A stretch of DNA of 64,000 bases from Callorhinchus milii (Eukaryota), in contig NW_024704742.1 in NCBI RefSeq assembly GCF_018977255.1, positions 44,704,001-44,768,000 of the forward strand. Direction: 5' to 3'. The notes below the pieces were generated by a model. It ran no database searches, was not told where the DNA came from, and saw only the letters and a list, made by a program, of their open reading frames with translations. Positions 1 to 12,780 of this stretch are shown here, in pieces; the first letter of the stretch is position 1, and each line of letters begins with the position of its first letter. The translations under genes and the position numbers were made by a program.

Positions 1-164
1 TTGGAAGCTGCTTTGAGATTGATTGTTTCAGTTTGCCAAGGGGAGGCATGTTTCAATCTGTTTGAGCCTGAATTTGTTTGAGTGGCGATGGATTATTGCT
101 TCTGACCCTTGATCACATAATAATAATCATTCTACCTCTCTATGGTCTGCACCATGCAATATCG

Positions 165-300
165 CCAGAATTGCAGTAACTCTGAAATTTGATTTTAATT
201 TAAAAAAATTTTCACGGAATTGCGGAAAAACAACTTTCAAATTAAGACTGAATTAAAACATTTGCACAATTCTGCACCATCTTAAACTTTGAGATAAAAT
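165..300 (+). repeat. Unclassified old dispersed repeat (copy 1 of about 4 in window)
   Basis: Core GGAATTGCGGAAAAACAACTTTCAAATTAAGACTGAATT matches minus-strand copies at ~10660-10730 and ~32570-32680 and a plus copy at ~40005-40055. Confidence 0.5.
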
Positions 301-404
301 AGTCTTAAAGACTAACACTAGGTAGAATTTTGGAGCTATAGTTGGCTTGTTGGCAAGGGAGTGTGCACAACTCAGAGTTTGATGACAACAGAACCACACA
401 GAAT

Positions 405-945
405 AGTCGCCTCCACTTTTCAAATGCCCTCCTCACTGGTCTCCCCAGTTCCATCATCCACAATATCCAGCTGATCCAAAACTCCGCCGCCCACAAACTC
501 ACCAATACTAAACTCCGTACCCCGATCACACCAGATCTAGCCAGACTCCATTGGCTCCCTATAGCCGAACGGATCAATTTCAAAATGCTCACACTCAACA
601 AATCCCTTCATGTCATAGTGTCTCCCTACCTTTCCGACGAGATTACTCCCCAACCCACTACTCACTGCCTCCCCTCGACTGGCTCCAGCCTCCTGCATGT
701 CCCTCGTGTCTTCCGTTAGTGGCCGTGCTTTCAACCTCTACGCCCTGAAAATCTGGAAAACTCTTCCTGTATCCCTCTGCCTTGCCTCTTCCTTCCCTAC
801 TTTCAGGTCGTGCCTGAAGACCTTCCTCTTCTACCGTGCCTACGGTCACCCCCAGGCTGGGCATTTACTCCACCACTGTCAAGTGCTCTGGGATGCTAGC
901 CTGCGTAAGGGGCACCATATAAATACTATTTTTTTGTTGTTATTG
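405..945 (+). mobile_element. L2 LINE 3' fragment (tail type B)
   Basis: Translates SRLHFSNALLTGLP..IQNSAA..PITPDLARLHWLPIAERINFK (L2 ORF2 C-terminus); ends in degenerate hairpin and TTG-rich tail. Confidence 0.9.
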
Positions 946-2643
946 AATTCTTGTATGGAACATAAAGATCCAAATAACAGAATCTGTATATACTCCATAC
1001 AATAATAAAGAGCTGGTAATGACTTCAAGGCTGCAATTCCCTCTTGTTCATAACCCATCTCTAATTCTGCTTTGGAGGACAGAATTGGAATCATTCAGTT
1101 GAATTATAGTCCAGTAATTTGCCTCCAGTAATCTATTCTGTATTTACTTTATGGGAGAGAATGATAATTGCACTGCCTAACCAAGTGATAATTCACACAA
1201 ACAAAACATAAAGGCAATTGGAAAAGAACAGCTGATGTAATGCAGAAAACTGCAGAAATATTTTTCATCTCATTTCCTCTTGTTTCCTGTGGATTATACT
1301 TCTCCATTGCTTCACTTTTTACTGCCTTGCTTTATTTGCTTTCCATCCATCTTATCATATTTTTTAAAATATGCTTCGATTTTCATTATGTTCACTCTTA
1401 TGTTAAAAACATTTCTCAGTTTTGTGCTTATTAATGTTTGTATTTTCCAGGATTAAATTTAATTATAGATAGTTGAAATTAATACTTGTGTGGGGTGAAC
1501 AGAGGGACTATACGATTTAGCAATAAATATGCTACAGACAAAATTATTATCAATATTCAGGGACAGAAAATATCACATTGTGACTGGCATGCAAAATACT
1601 AAACTGCTAAAATGCTATTACCTTTTGCAAAATTCCTGCACCTATTTGTAAAGGCTGAGTTGTGAATTATTACTTTTTAAATTAGTTTCAGGAAACCATA
1701 AACTGTAATATTAAACAGCTAATACAGCACTTTCATAATATTCAGATGTGCATTACAATAGTGCAGGTACTACATATATTTAAGCTAATTATATGAGTAT
1801 AAATAACATTAACTCCATTAATTAATGAATTAAAGCATTAATGCCAATAATAAATAGCATTAATGAATAGAATAGATTGTCAGTGTTGGTTAGATGATAG
1901 CAGATGTGACTCATAAAAGCATCTGTGACCCCTGCGAGGTTGGATTTGTCACTTTGGGTTAATTGAAAGTAATAAATTATTCAAGAAATAATTGGCAAAT
2001 TTATTGAACATATCTTTTACTAACCTGAGAAAGGACACAATCCAGTTCAATATTCCCCAGGCTGCAAATTCATCGATAGCTTGTTAAAATATCCTTGTTT
2101 ACGATTTTGTCAGTTTATAGTGATACCCTGTATTCAGCTTCAAGCATAAGCTTCATTATTGAGTATGAGCTGTAGTGAGTGCGAAATTTGGGTAGAGCTA
2201 CAGACAGTGAATAATACTGTATGTTTGTATCAGATTCTTAGGCACCGGGATGCTTTGTGAGGAATTAATGCAACATGAATGAGCATTTAGATTAAATCTC
2301 AAACTAATCTCTAGAAAAAGAAACATGATTTCCAGGTTGTCACAATAAACATCTTGATGTTTGTAAGTATTGGATAACTAGGTTGGCTACCTTTATACTA
2401 CTAGAGCAATATATGCCTTAGGTGAATAGATTTCCTGGATCAGCATGAAATTGAAAGCTCTAGTTGGTACTTCAGGCATGTGAGCTCTGTGCATGTATAA
2501 TACAGCACAAACACCCAGACAATGCAAATGGTAAAGAAGTGTTCACTGTATCTGTCGGTCTGCTATTTCTAAGGCCTGCAAAAAAGCCTGCTAAACTTTG
2601 ACACATGAACACATCCATATTTGACATATGCATAAGCATATGC

Positions 2644-2860
2644 ACAACAACAACAACAACTTGAACTTATATAATGCCCTCCACGTAGGGTAGCGTCTCA
2701 GAACGTTTTACAGTGGCGGAGTCTGACTACAAGCCTAGTCAGTGGGGGTGGGTGGGGGGGAGTGGGGGAAGGAAGGTGACCATAAGCACGGTTGAAAAGG
2801 AAGATTTTCAGGTGGGATTTGAGAAAGGGGAGAGATGGGGCATGGCGGAGGGATTGCTGG
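2644..2860 (-). mobile_element. L2 3' end (tail type B)
   Basis: (CAA)n then reverse complement of ...TCTGAGACGCTACCCTACGTGGAGGGC... Confidence 0.8.
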
Positions 2861-3099
2861 TCCAACAGATCGAATCAAAAACAAGGTGGCAAAAGCATCA
2901 CTGAATTAGAGTTGAGGATTTTCTAAAGGGAAAGGTACAGACATATTTTCACAGACATATTTTCTTATTAGGTCCAATTCAATAATTGTTCCAAATCAAA
3001 ACATTTTTAATGTGAAATAAATGTTTTGCCAGCAGACAATTTCATTCCTTTATTTCATTGTAATTCTAATACTGTCTCCTTGAAACTGTTTTGCCATAA

Positions 3100-3232
3100 A
3101 AATAAAAATTCTTGTATTTGATGTAGCAGCACCTTTCATGTTAGGAGAATGTCTCAAAGAACTTCACAGGATTTTACTAGAATGCGTAATGACTGAGTAT
3201 TTTGTAGGCAAATGTGGCAGTCAATTTGTGCT
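3100..3232 (-). mobile_element. Degraded SINE 3' half
   Basis: Similar to SINE tail (ttgtatttgatgtagc...gtaggcaaatgtggcagtcaattt). Confidence 0.65.
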
Positions 3233-3399
3233 TGGTAAATTGCCTTACCTTCAAATGGATCAAATATATTGTGCGTGCGATATTTATCAACAAAACATCT
3301 TTCAAAGTCACAGTTTCTTCCCATGTCTCGTTGGTCAAACCAGTCGCTAGCACCCCATGATAGCTCATGGTACCATCTTTTTGTGTCCTCATGCTCTCT

Positions 3400-3520
3400 C
3401 CAGAAATACACCACTTTATGTCTATCACCTCCGCCCCCATCCTCGTTTGGTCCCATGGCTCCACGTCCCTCAGTGGATAGAATTTAAGACCTTTGTCCTC
3501 ACATTAAATTCCACTATTAC
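3400..3520 (+). mobile_element. Old L2 fragment
   Basis: PWLHVPQWIEFKTFVLT resembles L2 LHWLP..RIEFKILVLT. Confidence 0.6.
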
Positions 3521-4163
3521 ACTCCTGGACTGGATAGAGAAATTTAAACCTGAAATTTCTTACCTCTACTCTTTCCTTCCTCCCATAATATAAAGCTTTT
3601 TAAGCTCCAGCTTTGCATTATCCCACCATTATTTGTTTACATCACCATCTTCCCTCTTCAGCCTTAGTTGCTTGCAAAGTGGACCGTGGATATGCACCTA
3701 GGTTTCACAATTAAAGTGGCCTTTAGAATTTTGTCATTTTGTAATACAGATGATGTTGCCCCTAGAATTCTGCAGCTGCTATTTTTTGTTCCATTTACTC
3801 ATTGATTTGTCTATTTCTGCCTATATAAACATAAAATAACAGGAGTTTCTCTCCTCTCTGCTTTCTCAGGCTACTAATACGCAAATGATGGTACACATCA
3901 TCCGTACTTTTTCCAAATGTAATAATATTTATTTTTGCAAATATATTTATTTGTTCATCTGTTGAGACATTTTACTCAAATACTGAATGGCTAATTTCTA
4001 ACCAACTTTTTTTATCATTCCCCTGATCTGATCTAATCTAATCTAATCTAATCACGAAGGCTGCATTTAATGCTTCTGCTTGGTAAAATCTCTGAACAAG
4101 AATGCACCATGTGCGGACTGCTGCGGCAAAACTTACATTCAAGTAATATGCAGGGCATTGTAT

Positions 4164-6553
4164 CAACAACGACAACAAGATTACATTTGTATAGCGCCTT
4201 TCAGGTCGGGAGGACGTCCCAAGGCGCTGTACAGTGAACAGCATTTCAGACCTCAGCTGGGGTCAGGGAGGGACAAGGGAGGGGAGCGGAAGGGGGGTGG
4301 CCGATGGCATGGTCGAAGAGAAGGGTTTTAAGGCGGGACTTGAAGGAGCTAAGGAGGGGGCGAGGTTGAGTGATTGGGGGATGGAATTCCAGAGGTTGTG
4401 GGCAGAGTGCTGAAGGCTCTCCTGCCAATGGTGGGGCTGGTGGGTCGGGGGAAGTGGAGCAGGCCGGGGTCGGCTGAGCGAAGGGAGCGGGTGGGTTGGT
4501 AGGGGGTTAGGAGGTTGCAGAGGTAGGGTGGGGCGAGGCCATGGAGGGCTTTGTAGGTGAGAACCAGGATCTTGAACTGGATCCTCTGAAGAATAGGGAG
4601 TCAATGGAGTTGGGCGATAATGGGGGAGATGGGGTCATGGAGTTTGGTGTGGGAGAGGACACGGGCTACTGGATTATCTGCAGCCTGTGGAGGGAGGAGT
4701 TGGGAAGGCCGACAATTGGGCATTTGCATAGTTGAGCCTGGAGGCGATGAAGGCATGAACAAGAGTTTCAGTGGCCTGAGGGGTGAGGTAGTGGCGGAGT
4801 CGGGTGAAGTTACAGAGGTGAGGGAAGGCAGAACGGGTCATGGCTTGGATGTGGGGAAGAAAAGACAGTTGAGGGTCGAGCAAGACATCCAGGTTCCTGA
4901 CTGGCTTGGTGAGTTGTAGTGTGCAACCATGGAGGCTGATGCTGCCAGAGCCTGAGGTGCTGAGGCGCTGGCGTGAGCCAATCAGGAGGGCCTCAGTCTT
5001 GTTCACATTCAACTGTAGGAAATTTGCCCTCATCCAGGACTTGATGTCCGACAGACAGTCTGTCAGGACAGCAGTGGTGCTGGAGTTGAGGGTGGAGGCA
5101 GAAAGATAGAGTTGGGTGTCATCTGCATACGTATGGAAGTTGACCCCATGTCTGCGGATGATGTCACCAAGGGCAGCATGTAGATATTAAAAAGGAGAGG
5201 GCCAAGGACAGAGCCCTGGGGGATGCCAAACATGACAGTGCAGGGGCTGGAGGAGAAACCGTTAGAGGCAACAAAGTGGAGACGGTGAGAGAGCTAGTAC
5301 TTGATCCAGGCAAGGGCAGGTCCGTGAAGACTAATAATAATAATAATAATAATCTTTGCATGTGATATCGCGCTTTTTACGTCGGGAGGACGTCCCAAAG
5401 CGCTTCACAGAACACACTGTAAAGTGAGTTGACTGTATATTTGTGGGCGAATGCGTCAGCCAATTGCGCACAGCAATGTCCCACAAACAGTCATGAATTG
5501 AGAATGACCAATTTATTATTGTTTTTGGTTTTGGAGGGATTATTATTAGACATGTGGAGTAAGGAAACTTGCCCAAGGTTTCGCTCTGCCTGGAATTGAA
5601 CTCAGGTCTCTCGCTTGCAAAGCGAGTGTTCTAACCACTGAGCTACAGGACTCCACTTAAGTAAAGAGGAGAGGCGGTGTATGAGGATGGAGTGGTCGAC
5701 AGTGTCGAAGGCGGCAGAGAGGTCGAGGAGGACAAGGAGGCAGAGGGAGCCCTGATCACAGGTGTTCAGAATGTCATTACTGACTTTAACCAGGGCTGTT
5801 TCTGTGCTGTGGGCAGCGCGGAAGCTGGATTGGAGGGATTCAAAGAGAGAACGGCAAGAAAAAAAGGAGCAGAGCTGGGACTCGACGACTCATTCCAGGA
5901 CCTTGGAGAGAAATGGGAGGGTAGAGATGGCATGGTAGCTGGAGAGTAGGGATGGGTCCAGGGAAGGTTCTTTCAGGATGGGGGTGATGACTGCTCTTTT
6001 TAGGGGGATGGGAACTGAGACGGTGGACAAGGAGAGGCTGATGACTTTGTAGAGGAAAGGGGCCAGAGGGTGGAGCTGGGAGATGAGGAGAGAGGTGGAG
6101 AAGGGATAGAGGGAACAGGTGGTGGATTTACGTTTGCGAATGATGGCAGTGAGGGAGGAGGGAGAGATAGGGTCGAAGGAGTATAAGGGGTGATAGGTGG
6201 GGGTTGAGTCATGAGGGATAGGTGATGTGGGAGTGGCGGTGGATGGGGCAGAGGTGGATGAACGTCCAGCATCTCCTCACAGTTGGGGTTTGAGGAGATG
6301 ATGGGTGAGGCATGGGAAGGTGGACGGAGGAGATATTCTGTGGTGGAAAAAAGAAGCCTGGGGTTGTCCTTTGCCTCCAAGATAACCTTGGAGTAGAAGG
6401 AGAATTTGGCAAAGGCAAGAGCACAGCGGTAGGTTTTGGTGTGGTGAAGCCAATTGTGCCGATGGACTGTTAGTTTCGATTTGGTTCAGGCGTGTTCGGC
6501 AGCTCGCACTTGTGCCTTGAGGGAATGGAGATGGCTGGTGTACCAGGGGGATT
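4164..6553 (-). mobile_element. L2 LINE, outer element, 3' part (RT and C-terminus, tail type A), frameshifted
   Basis: Tail (CAA)n and GGGACGTCCTCCCGAC hairpin at 4164-4230; [31 protein letters not shown] and LLDLSAAFDTVDH motifs; interrupted by SINE 5332-5654. Confidence 0.95.
5332..5654 (-). mobile_element. tRNA(Ala)-derived SINE, short young form, full length
   Basis: Head GGAGTCCTGTAGCTCAGTGGTTAGA (A box), GAGTTCAATTCC (B box), L2-like 3' hairpin, (TTA)n tail. Confidence 0.95.
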
Positions 6554-6554
6554 T

Positions 6555-8682
6555 ACAACAATAACAACAACTTGAATTTATATAGTGCCCTCCATGCCGG
6601 ACGGTGTCTCAGAGCGCTTCACTGTAACGGATCCCGGGGCTGAGCCAGGAGGAGGGGGAGGAAGGTGACCAAAGGTGCGGTCGAAAAGAAAGGTCTTCAG
6701 CCGAGACCTGAAAATAGGAAGAGAAGGGACGAGGCGAAGGGAGTGAGGAAGGGAGTTCCAGAGCCTCGAGCCATAGTGGCTGAAAGCACAGCTGCCGAGG
6801 GTAGATCAGAGTACTCGGGGGACGAGGAGGAGGCCAGACCCATTGGAACAAAGTGAGTGGGCACTCCTTTGTGGAGAGAGGAGGTCAGAGATGTAGGTAG
6901 GTGCAGAGGAGTAGAGGAATTTGAAGACAAGGGTGAGAATCTTGAAGTCAATCCTCTCTGGGCCAGGCAGCCAGTGCAGTCTGGCAAGGACTGGGATAAT
7001 CGCAATTGGCTGCCACGTTTCGCCCACAAATATACAGTCACTTCACTTTACAGTGTGTCCTGTGAAGCGCTTTGGGACGTCCTCCCCACGTGAAAAGCGC
7101 TATATCATATGCAAGGGTTATTATAATCGGAGAGTGGAGTTTGGTACGAGTGAGAATGCAGGCAGCAGAGTTTTGAATGATCTGGATTTTATGGATGGTA
7201 GTGGAGGGGAAGCCGGTGAGGAGGGCATTGAGTAGTCCAGCCGAGAGTTGACAAAGGCACAGACCAGGGTTTCAGCGGCTTTTGGAGAGAGGTATTGGAG
7301 GAGACGGGTGATGCATCGGAGGTGGAAGAAAGCGGTGCTGGTGAGGGATCGGATGTGGGGGAGGAAGGATAATTGAGGGTCGAACCTGACGCCTAGGTTG
7401 CATACGAGTTCAGAGAGTTTTAGGGGGAGGTCTGGAAGGTGGAGGAGGTGAGAACTGTGAGATTTTAGACGTTGACAAGAGCTAAAGAGTATGGCTTCTA
7501 TCTTGTTAACATTCAGCTGAAGGAAATTTGCACTCATCCAGCCCCTAAGGTCTGACAGGCAGGCTGACAGAGCAAAAAAAATAGTTGGGGGTCGCAATAA
7601 GAGGTGGAAAAACAGAGTTGGGTGTCGTCCACATACATGTGGAAGTGTACCCCATGTCTGCGGATGACATTCCCAAGAGAGAGCATGCAGATCAGAAAGA
7701 GGAGCGGGCCAGGATGGATCCCTGGGGTACCCCGCAGGTAACCGGGTGAGAGTGGGAGGAGAAGCCGTTTGTGCAGATGTACTGCTGGCGGTTTGTGAGG
7801 CAGGACTCGAACCAGGCGAGTTCAATCCCATTGAGGTGGATGACAGAAGAAAGGCAGTGGAGGAGGATGGCTAGATCGACGGTTTCGAAAGCGGCGGAGA
7901 GGTCCAGGAGGACAAGGAGGCAGAGGGAGCCCTGGTCACAGATAGAGAGGATGTCGTTTGTGACTTTCACAAGTGGAGATGCTCGAGCCACAGTTGGTGG
8001 TGAACTGTCAGGGCAGTTTTCTGCCATCTGCGCTCGAGCAGACAGGTTTGGATTTTTAGGCAGCGGAGATGGTTGTTGTACCAGGGGGATTGGGTGGGTT
8101 TGGAGATAGTCCTGGACTTCAGGGGGACAAGGGAGTTGAAGGTGGAGGAGAGGCGATCATGGAGCAGCTGGATGGCTGCTTCAGGATCTCCGTGGGTGGA
8201 AGGCCAGAGGGATAGGATATTTGATGATGTGAGGGCCTTTGTGAGGGTCTCAAGGGGTAGCCTTTTCCATGGGCGGTAGAGAATGGTTGAGGGCTTGGTG
8301 GAGGAGAGAAGGATGTGAGAGGAGAAGGAGATGAGGAAGTGGTCCGAGATGGTATGTCCACAATGCTAAGGTTGGAAATGTCAAGGCCATGGGTGATAAC
8401 GAGGTTGAGGGCATAACCACGGTTGTGGGTGTGTGAATTTATGTGAAAGGTAAGGTTTAGGGAGGAGAGGAGGGCAGTGAATTTGGCAGAAGTGGTGTTT
8501 AGGTGGAGGTTGATATCGCCCATTATGAGCAGGCGCTCGGAGCAGAGGGACAGAGAAGAGAGGAGAATAGTGATGTCTGTGTGGAAGGAGCCGGGTGGCT
8601 TAGTGGGGCAGTAAACCAGGAGGATTTTCAGTGGGAGAGAGAGATGGGAGTATGAGGCGGTTCAGGAGATGAGGGGGGAGTC
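6555..8682 (-). mobile_element. L2 LINE (tail type B) nested in the outer L2, internally deleted
   Basis: Own tail at 6555; GVPQGSIL, LLDLSAAFETVD, NFLQLNVNK and partial APE (LIMGDINLHLN) motifs. Confidence 0.9.
7003..7125 (+). mobile_element. 5'-truncated SINE inside the nested L2
   Basis: SINE 3' 120 bp; direct repeat ATAATCG at 6996-7002 and 7123-7129. Confidence 0.9.
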
Positions 8683-8709
8683 TACAATGACAACAAAAAT
8701 GACAACTTA

Positions 8710-9840
8710 GTCTAGACTGGAGGAGAGGGAGTTGTGGAGAAAAGAGAGCAAGGGGGGTAGATCGGTCAGTGAGGGCCAGAGGGATAGGCGTTCCGATGAC
8801 GCCAGGGCAGTGGAGAGGGAGAGGGAGGAAATTTTTTCCACCGACGGTATGTGATGGTACAGGGTTGAGAAGGGGGAAGGGATACTGAGGTGTTGAGAGA
8901 GACAAAGTGGTTGTCCGAAATGGCTTTGTCGGAGTTGGTGATGTCCGAAATGGTGAGGCCCCAGGTGATCACCAGATCAATGGGATGGCCACAAATAGAT
9001 GTGGAGGGAGAGGTTAAGGGAAGATAGGACGGAGGAGAAGTCAGCAGAGATAGATCAGGAGGGGGTGAAGTGGAGCTTGAAGTCGCCTAAGATTAGGAGG
9101 CGTTCAGAGCAGAGAGATAGGGAAGATAGGAGGATGGAGATGTCCGAAAGGAAGGTGGATGAAGGCTTGGGGGGACGGTAAACAAGGAGGATTTTGAGGG
9201 AAAAACTGGAGGTGTGGTAAAGGGTAAGGCATTCAAAGCAGGGGGAGATTCTGGAGGAGTAAGGGGAAAGGCTGAGGGGGGACCAGGAAATGAGAGCCAC
9301 CCCGCCACCACGGCGATCAGGCCATAGGGTTTGGTGAAAGGTGTAACCCAGAAGTGTGGCCTTGATTAGTGGGAAGGTGTTGCCTGGGGTGACCCAGGTT
9401 TCAGTAAGGGCGAGGATGTCAATATTTTCCTTGTCGATGAGGTCATGGATTGTGAGGGACTTGTTTGTCAGTGAGCGGACGTTCTGCAGACTGATGTGGA
9501 GGGGACAGTTTGTGGTGGGTGTGTGGGGGAGGTGAGGAGGGGAAGGGGTGGGCAGACGAGTTGGGTGGGGATGTGGGTGAGGGAGGAAAGGTTGGCTCCC
9601 GTGGGTGAGGGCCGGTGGGCCTTGCGGCAAGTGGGAGAAGGGCAGTCAGGGTGTGCGCTGTTGGACAGCCGACGGCGTCTACCACGGTAAGCACGATGGA
9701 GAATGTGAAGGGAGGAGCAGAGGGAGGCCATGGGGGATGTCGAGGAGGGATAGGAGTCGGGGCAGGCGGAGGGAGAGGAGGGTTGAGCAGGAGTAGTGGA
9801 GGGAAGGGGACGGAGTCTGGAACATCTAGGGGAAGCAGCT
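8710..9840 (-). mobile_element. L2 LINE, outer element, 5' part: APE endonuclease and N-terminal leader
   Basis: ORF 9055-9630: QNVRSLTNK..DILALTETW..RRGGGVALI..VYRPPK..ILGDFKLH; also SDNHFV; ATG at 9731. Confidence 0.9.
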
Positions 9841-9884
9841 CGGGTCTATTGTATCAATGGATTACTATGACAAAGAACACAAGA

Positions 9885-9958
9885 AATATAATGTGAAGCA
9901 TTTTGTGATGTCCTCCCAACTAGTGTAAGGCACTATTGAAAATGTAGTAATTATTATT
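9885..9958 (+). mobile_element. Degraded SINE tail
   Basis: gtgaagcattttgtgatgtcctccc...taattattatt. Confidence 0.55.
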
Positions 9959-10899
9959 CTAGGTTACCAAGAAATTCAAATTATTTTAACATGGCTTCCC
10001 TTAAATTGCTGAAGTTAAATTCTAAACAAGGTTAAACTACACCTATCTATTAATAATCAAAAACACAACAGGAGCTATTTGATTTTTGTACAATTTCAGA
10101 CCACCATTATTTGAAGACCAAATGTGAAATATCATTGATCAAGAGCCAAAAAGTTGCTAAGGCCATACAGAAAAATGATAATATTATTAATGGAGTTTGT
10201 CCGAGACATTTATCTTGGAAAATAATGTAACCTTTATGGCTAAAATATCATAGATTTGGACCTGGTTATTAATTGAATGCGTTGATCAGAGTCAGCTTCT
10301 CTGTGTTATTTTATTATGGTTGTTTCATTGACATGTTAATCACGCTCATTGTGATTTATGAACGAGCCATTTTAGGCTAAATTTAGCTATCCTGTATACT
10401 GGCAGGCAGTCATATCTTCAATTTAACATTGTCGATATCTTACTTCTTAATAATTAGATGGTGCTGGAGGCTGTTTTGCTTTGACCATTACAAATAAACT
10501 GTTATGTTGTGCATCACATTCATTTTCAGATGTCCCCCCAAAGTGAAAGGCGCTGTATGAATGTAAAATATATTGTACTGTCATTTGTTGTCAGAAGAAA
10601 GAATCAGAAGTGTGAAATTTCTCAGAAAACCGTATAGCCTTAAGATCATTACCTGAAAATGTCAGATCTTGCAGTAATTGGATAATTCTTACAATTTGGT
10701 CTTAGTTGAAGTTGGTTTTCCACAGTTCCTAAAATAGAGCATTGGGAGGTGAATGGGTTTGTGAACTGGATGTAAAGGGGGAGTGAGGCTGGGAGCAGAG
10801 CGCTGAGGTTAAGTGGGGCTGGGAAGTAATATTTTCCTACTAATGTATCATGATGCTTGTACATGTACACACAATTTATTCTCGAACCAGGACAATTGA

Positions 10900-11060
10900 A
10901 ATGGTGTAGACTGTTCAGCCCATTGAGCTTGTTCCACCATTTTATTAGATCTTGGCAGATCTTTTCATCTCAATGCCCCCACCCATTTGTCATTCCCCTT
11001 CATACCTCTACTATCCTCTTAATCAGCAGAACTACTATTCATCTGTTTCTAACAATTTTA
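10900..11060 (-). mobile_element. Degraded CR1 3' end
   Basis: Similar to the copy at 49094-49245 (ttcagcccc..gagc..ccaccatt..agatc). Confidence 0.55.
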
Positions 11061-11069
11061 ACAATAATA

Positions 11070-11165
11070 ACTCCCATGTTTGATATAGCGCCTTACCATG
11101 TCTTTGAGATGGCTCAACGTGCTTCACAGAATATACTGTAAAGTGAATTGACGGTATATTTTGTG
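11070..11165 (-). mobile_element. SINE 3' fragment
   Basis: tgatatagcgcc...gcttcacagaatatactgtaaagtgaattgac. Confidence 0.75.
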
Positions 11166-11789
11166 TCTTCATCTATTCATTGCCAATTCCCGAGAGAATT
11201 AATACTAATGACTAATTGTGTGTTTTGGAACACCTTAGCTCCCAGTCTGTTTCTGTGCACATCACCCTTCTTGCAAAAAAAATCAATGCATTCTCAAAAG
11301 CATCCATAATCTCTTGTATGTACACCATTTTATGCCAAACCTACAGGAACTCTGCTTTAACATGATACACTTCCAAAGGGAAATGCCCATAAGTTGATGA
11401 AAACTCTTAACTGGGATTCCTTATTGAATTGCCTACATGAAATACAGTCACTGTGAATCCAGTGAATTCTTTTTAGATATTCTCCTGACGTAAACTGTGC
11501 TAAATCAAATGCAAGAACTATTATTAATATCCCTAAAATAAGTAATAGAGTGAAATTTGCAGTCTTTAACTATCAAATAATCATTTTCACCAGTGATCAT
11601 AATCACATGACTCTTCCAATTTTCACCCTATCCCAAATTAAACCGTACAAAATTAGCACTTTATCTTTAGCCATAATACACTCAGAATTTCTGTGAACAG
11701 ATAAGTGTCAACTTTGTAGCCTTATATCTAATCACTGCATTTTCAGATGAAGGACCTTATTTAAATATTTTATATTATTGCATACATTT

Positions 11790-12780
11790 ATTGAGGATTT
11801 TTTTGCAAACTGAACAATAGAGGATTATTTCATTCTTTAACAATACAAAGGCAAGATTTCTTTTCATTGTGAGATGTAAAGAGCCCCAGTGGCAAGCATC
11901 ACTGAGAGCATCTAGCAATGAAGGAGCTACTTGGTAAAGCACTAGCTTAGAAAAGTCAAGCGAAAGCAATTTAGCCTTGAAGACTTTCCTTGGGCTATTT
12001 CATGAATAGCGTGATTGTATTCTGAAATGGTAAAGAGTGCTTCCAATGTTGTCTCTGCTCTTGACTAATAATGCAATACTAGATTTATTGATGATTCAAG
12101 ATCTTCCTTGAGGGAAGAGAGAGCTCTGATGTTTTTTTAAAAAAATCTGAAATCATTAATTTCAGAGGATTTAACTAAAAGCAGAGCATCGGTGAAAAAG
12201 GGAGAGAGACCTGGGATGAGTTGTAGCTTCTGTCTTATGGATATGCCAGAAGGCAGCCTACTTTTTCTCCACATTCAAAATATCTTCATCTGGTTCAAAA
12301 AGCACAGAACGCAGCCTTCTCTGTGAGGAGGAAATGAATTGTAGCCCAATCTTAACCAAGTTGGAATATGTGATTTCAGAATGGCTTCTTTTATGAAACT
12401 GCTTGAGCTGTGAAATCTTCTTTGCAAGGTCAATCGTTTGTTTCAGTCTTACTTTGTTACTCTTTATTCTTACCTATTGGAAGCCTCGTAAATTTTATGG
12501 CCTCAGAGTGTAGACTGTAAAAGTGATGGGAAGGTCTCTGGAGAAAAGTTGCCCTTGAGAAAATCCGGTCTCCTTTTTTTAAAAAAAGGAATTTGCTATC
12601 TCTTAGTAATAAACTGTTAAAGTAGAATCCCTTATAAGTGATTTTTTAGGAAACTGGATTTAAGTAGATATGACTGGGGCATGTTCAGAAATAATAATTT
12701 TAATTCCAAAATAAATTCACCCCAGTCTGGTGGATGAGATGTTGAAACAGATATAGTTATAAGAAGGTTATAGTTATTAT
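11790..12780 (-). mobile_element. Ancient L1-clade ORF2 relic (end of endonuclease through start of RT)
   Basis: Manual translation across frameshifts: IIISEHAPV, FNSLLLRD, LLTEKA..RYFECGEK..LLAY, LEALFTISE..AIHEIAQGKSSRLNCF, VAPSLLDALSDACHWGSLHLTMK; colinear with fish-type L1 ORF2 motifs. Confidence 0.75.

Noticed and set aside
4190..4230. Dispersed ~36-bp palindromic repeat resembling CRISPR repeats or terminators
   Set aside because: It is the LINE/SINE 3' hairpin; irregular spacing, both strands, no cas genes, eukaryotic context.
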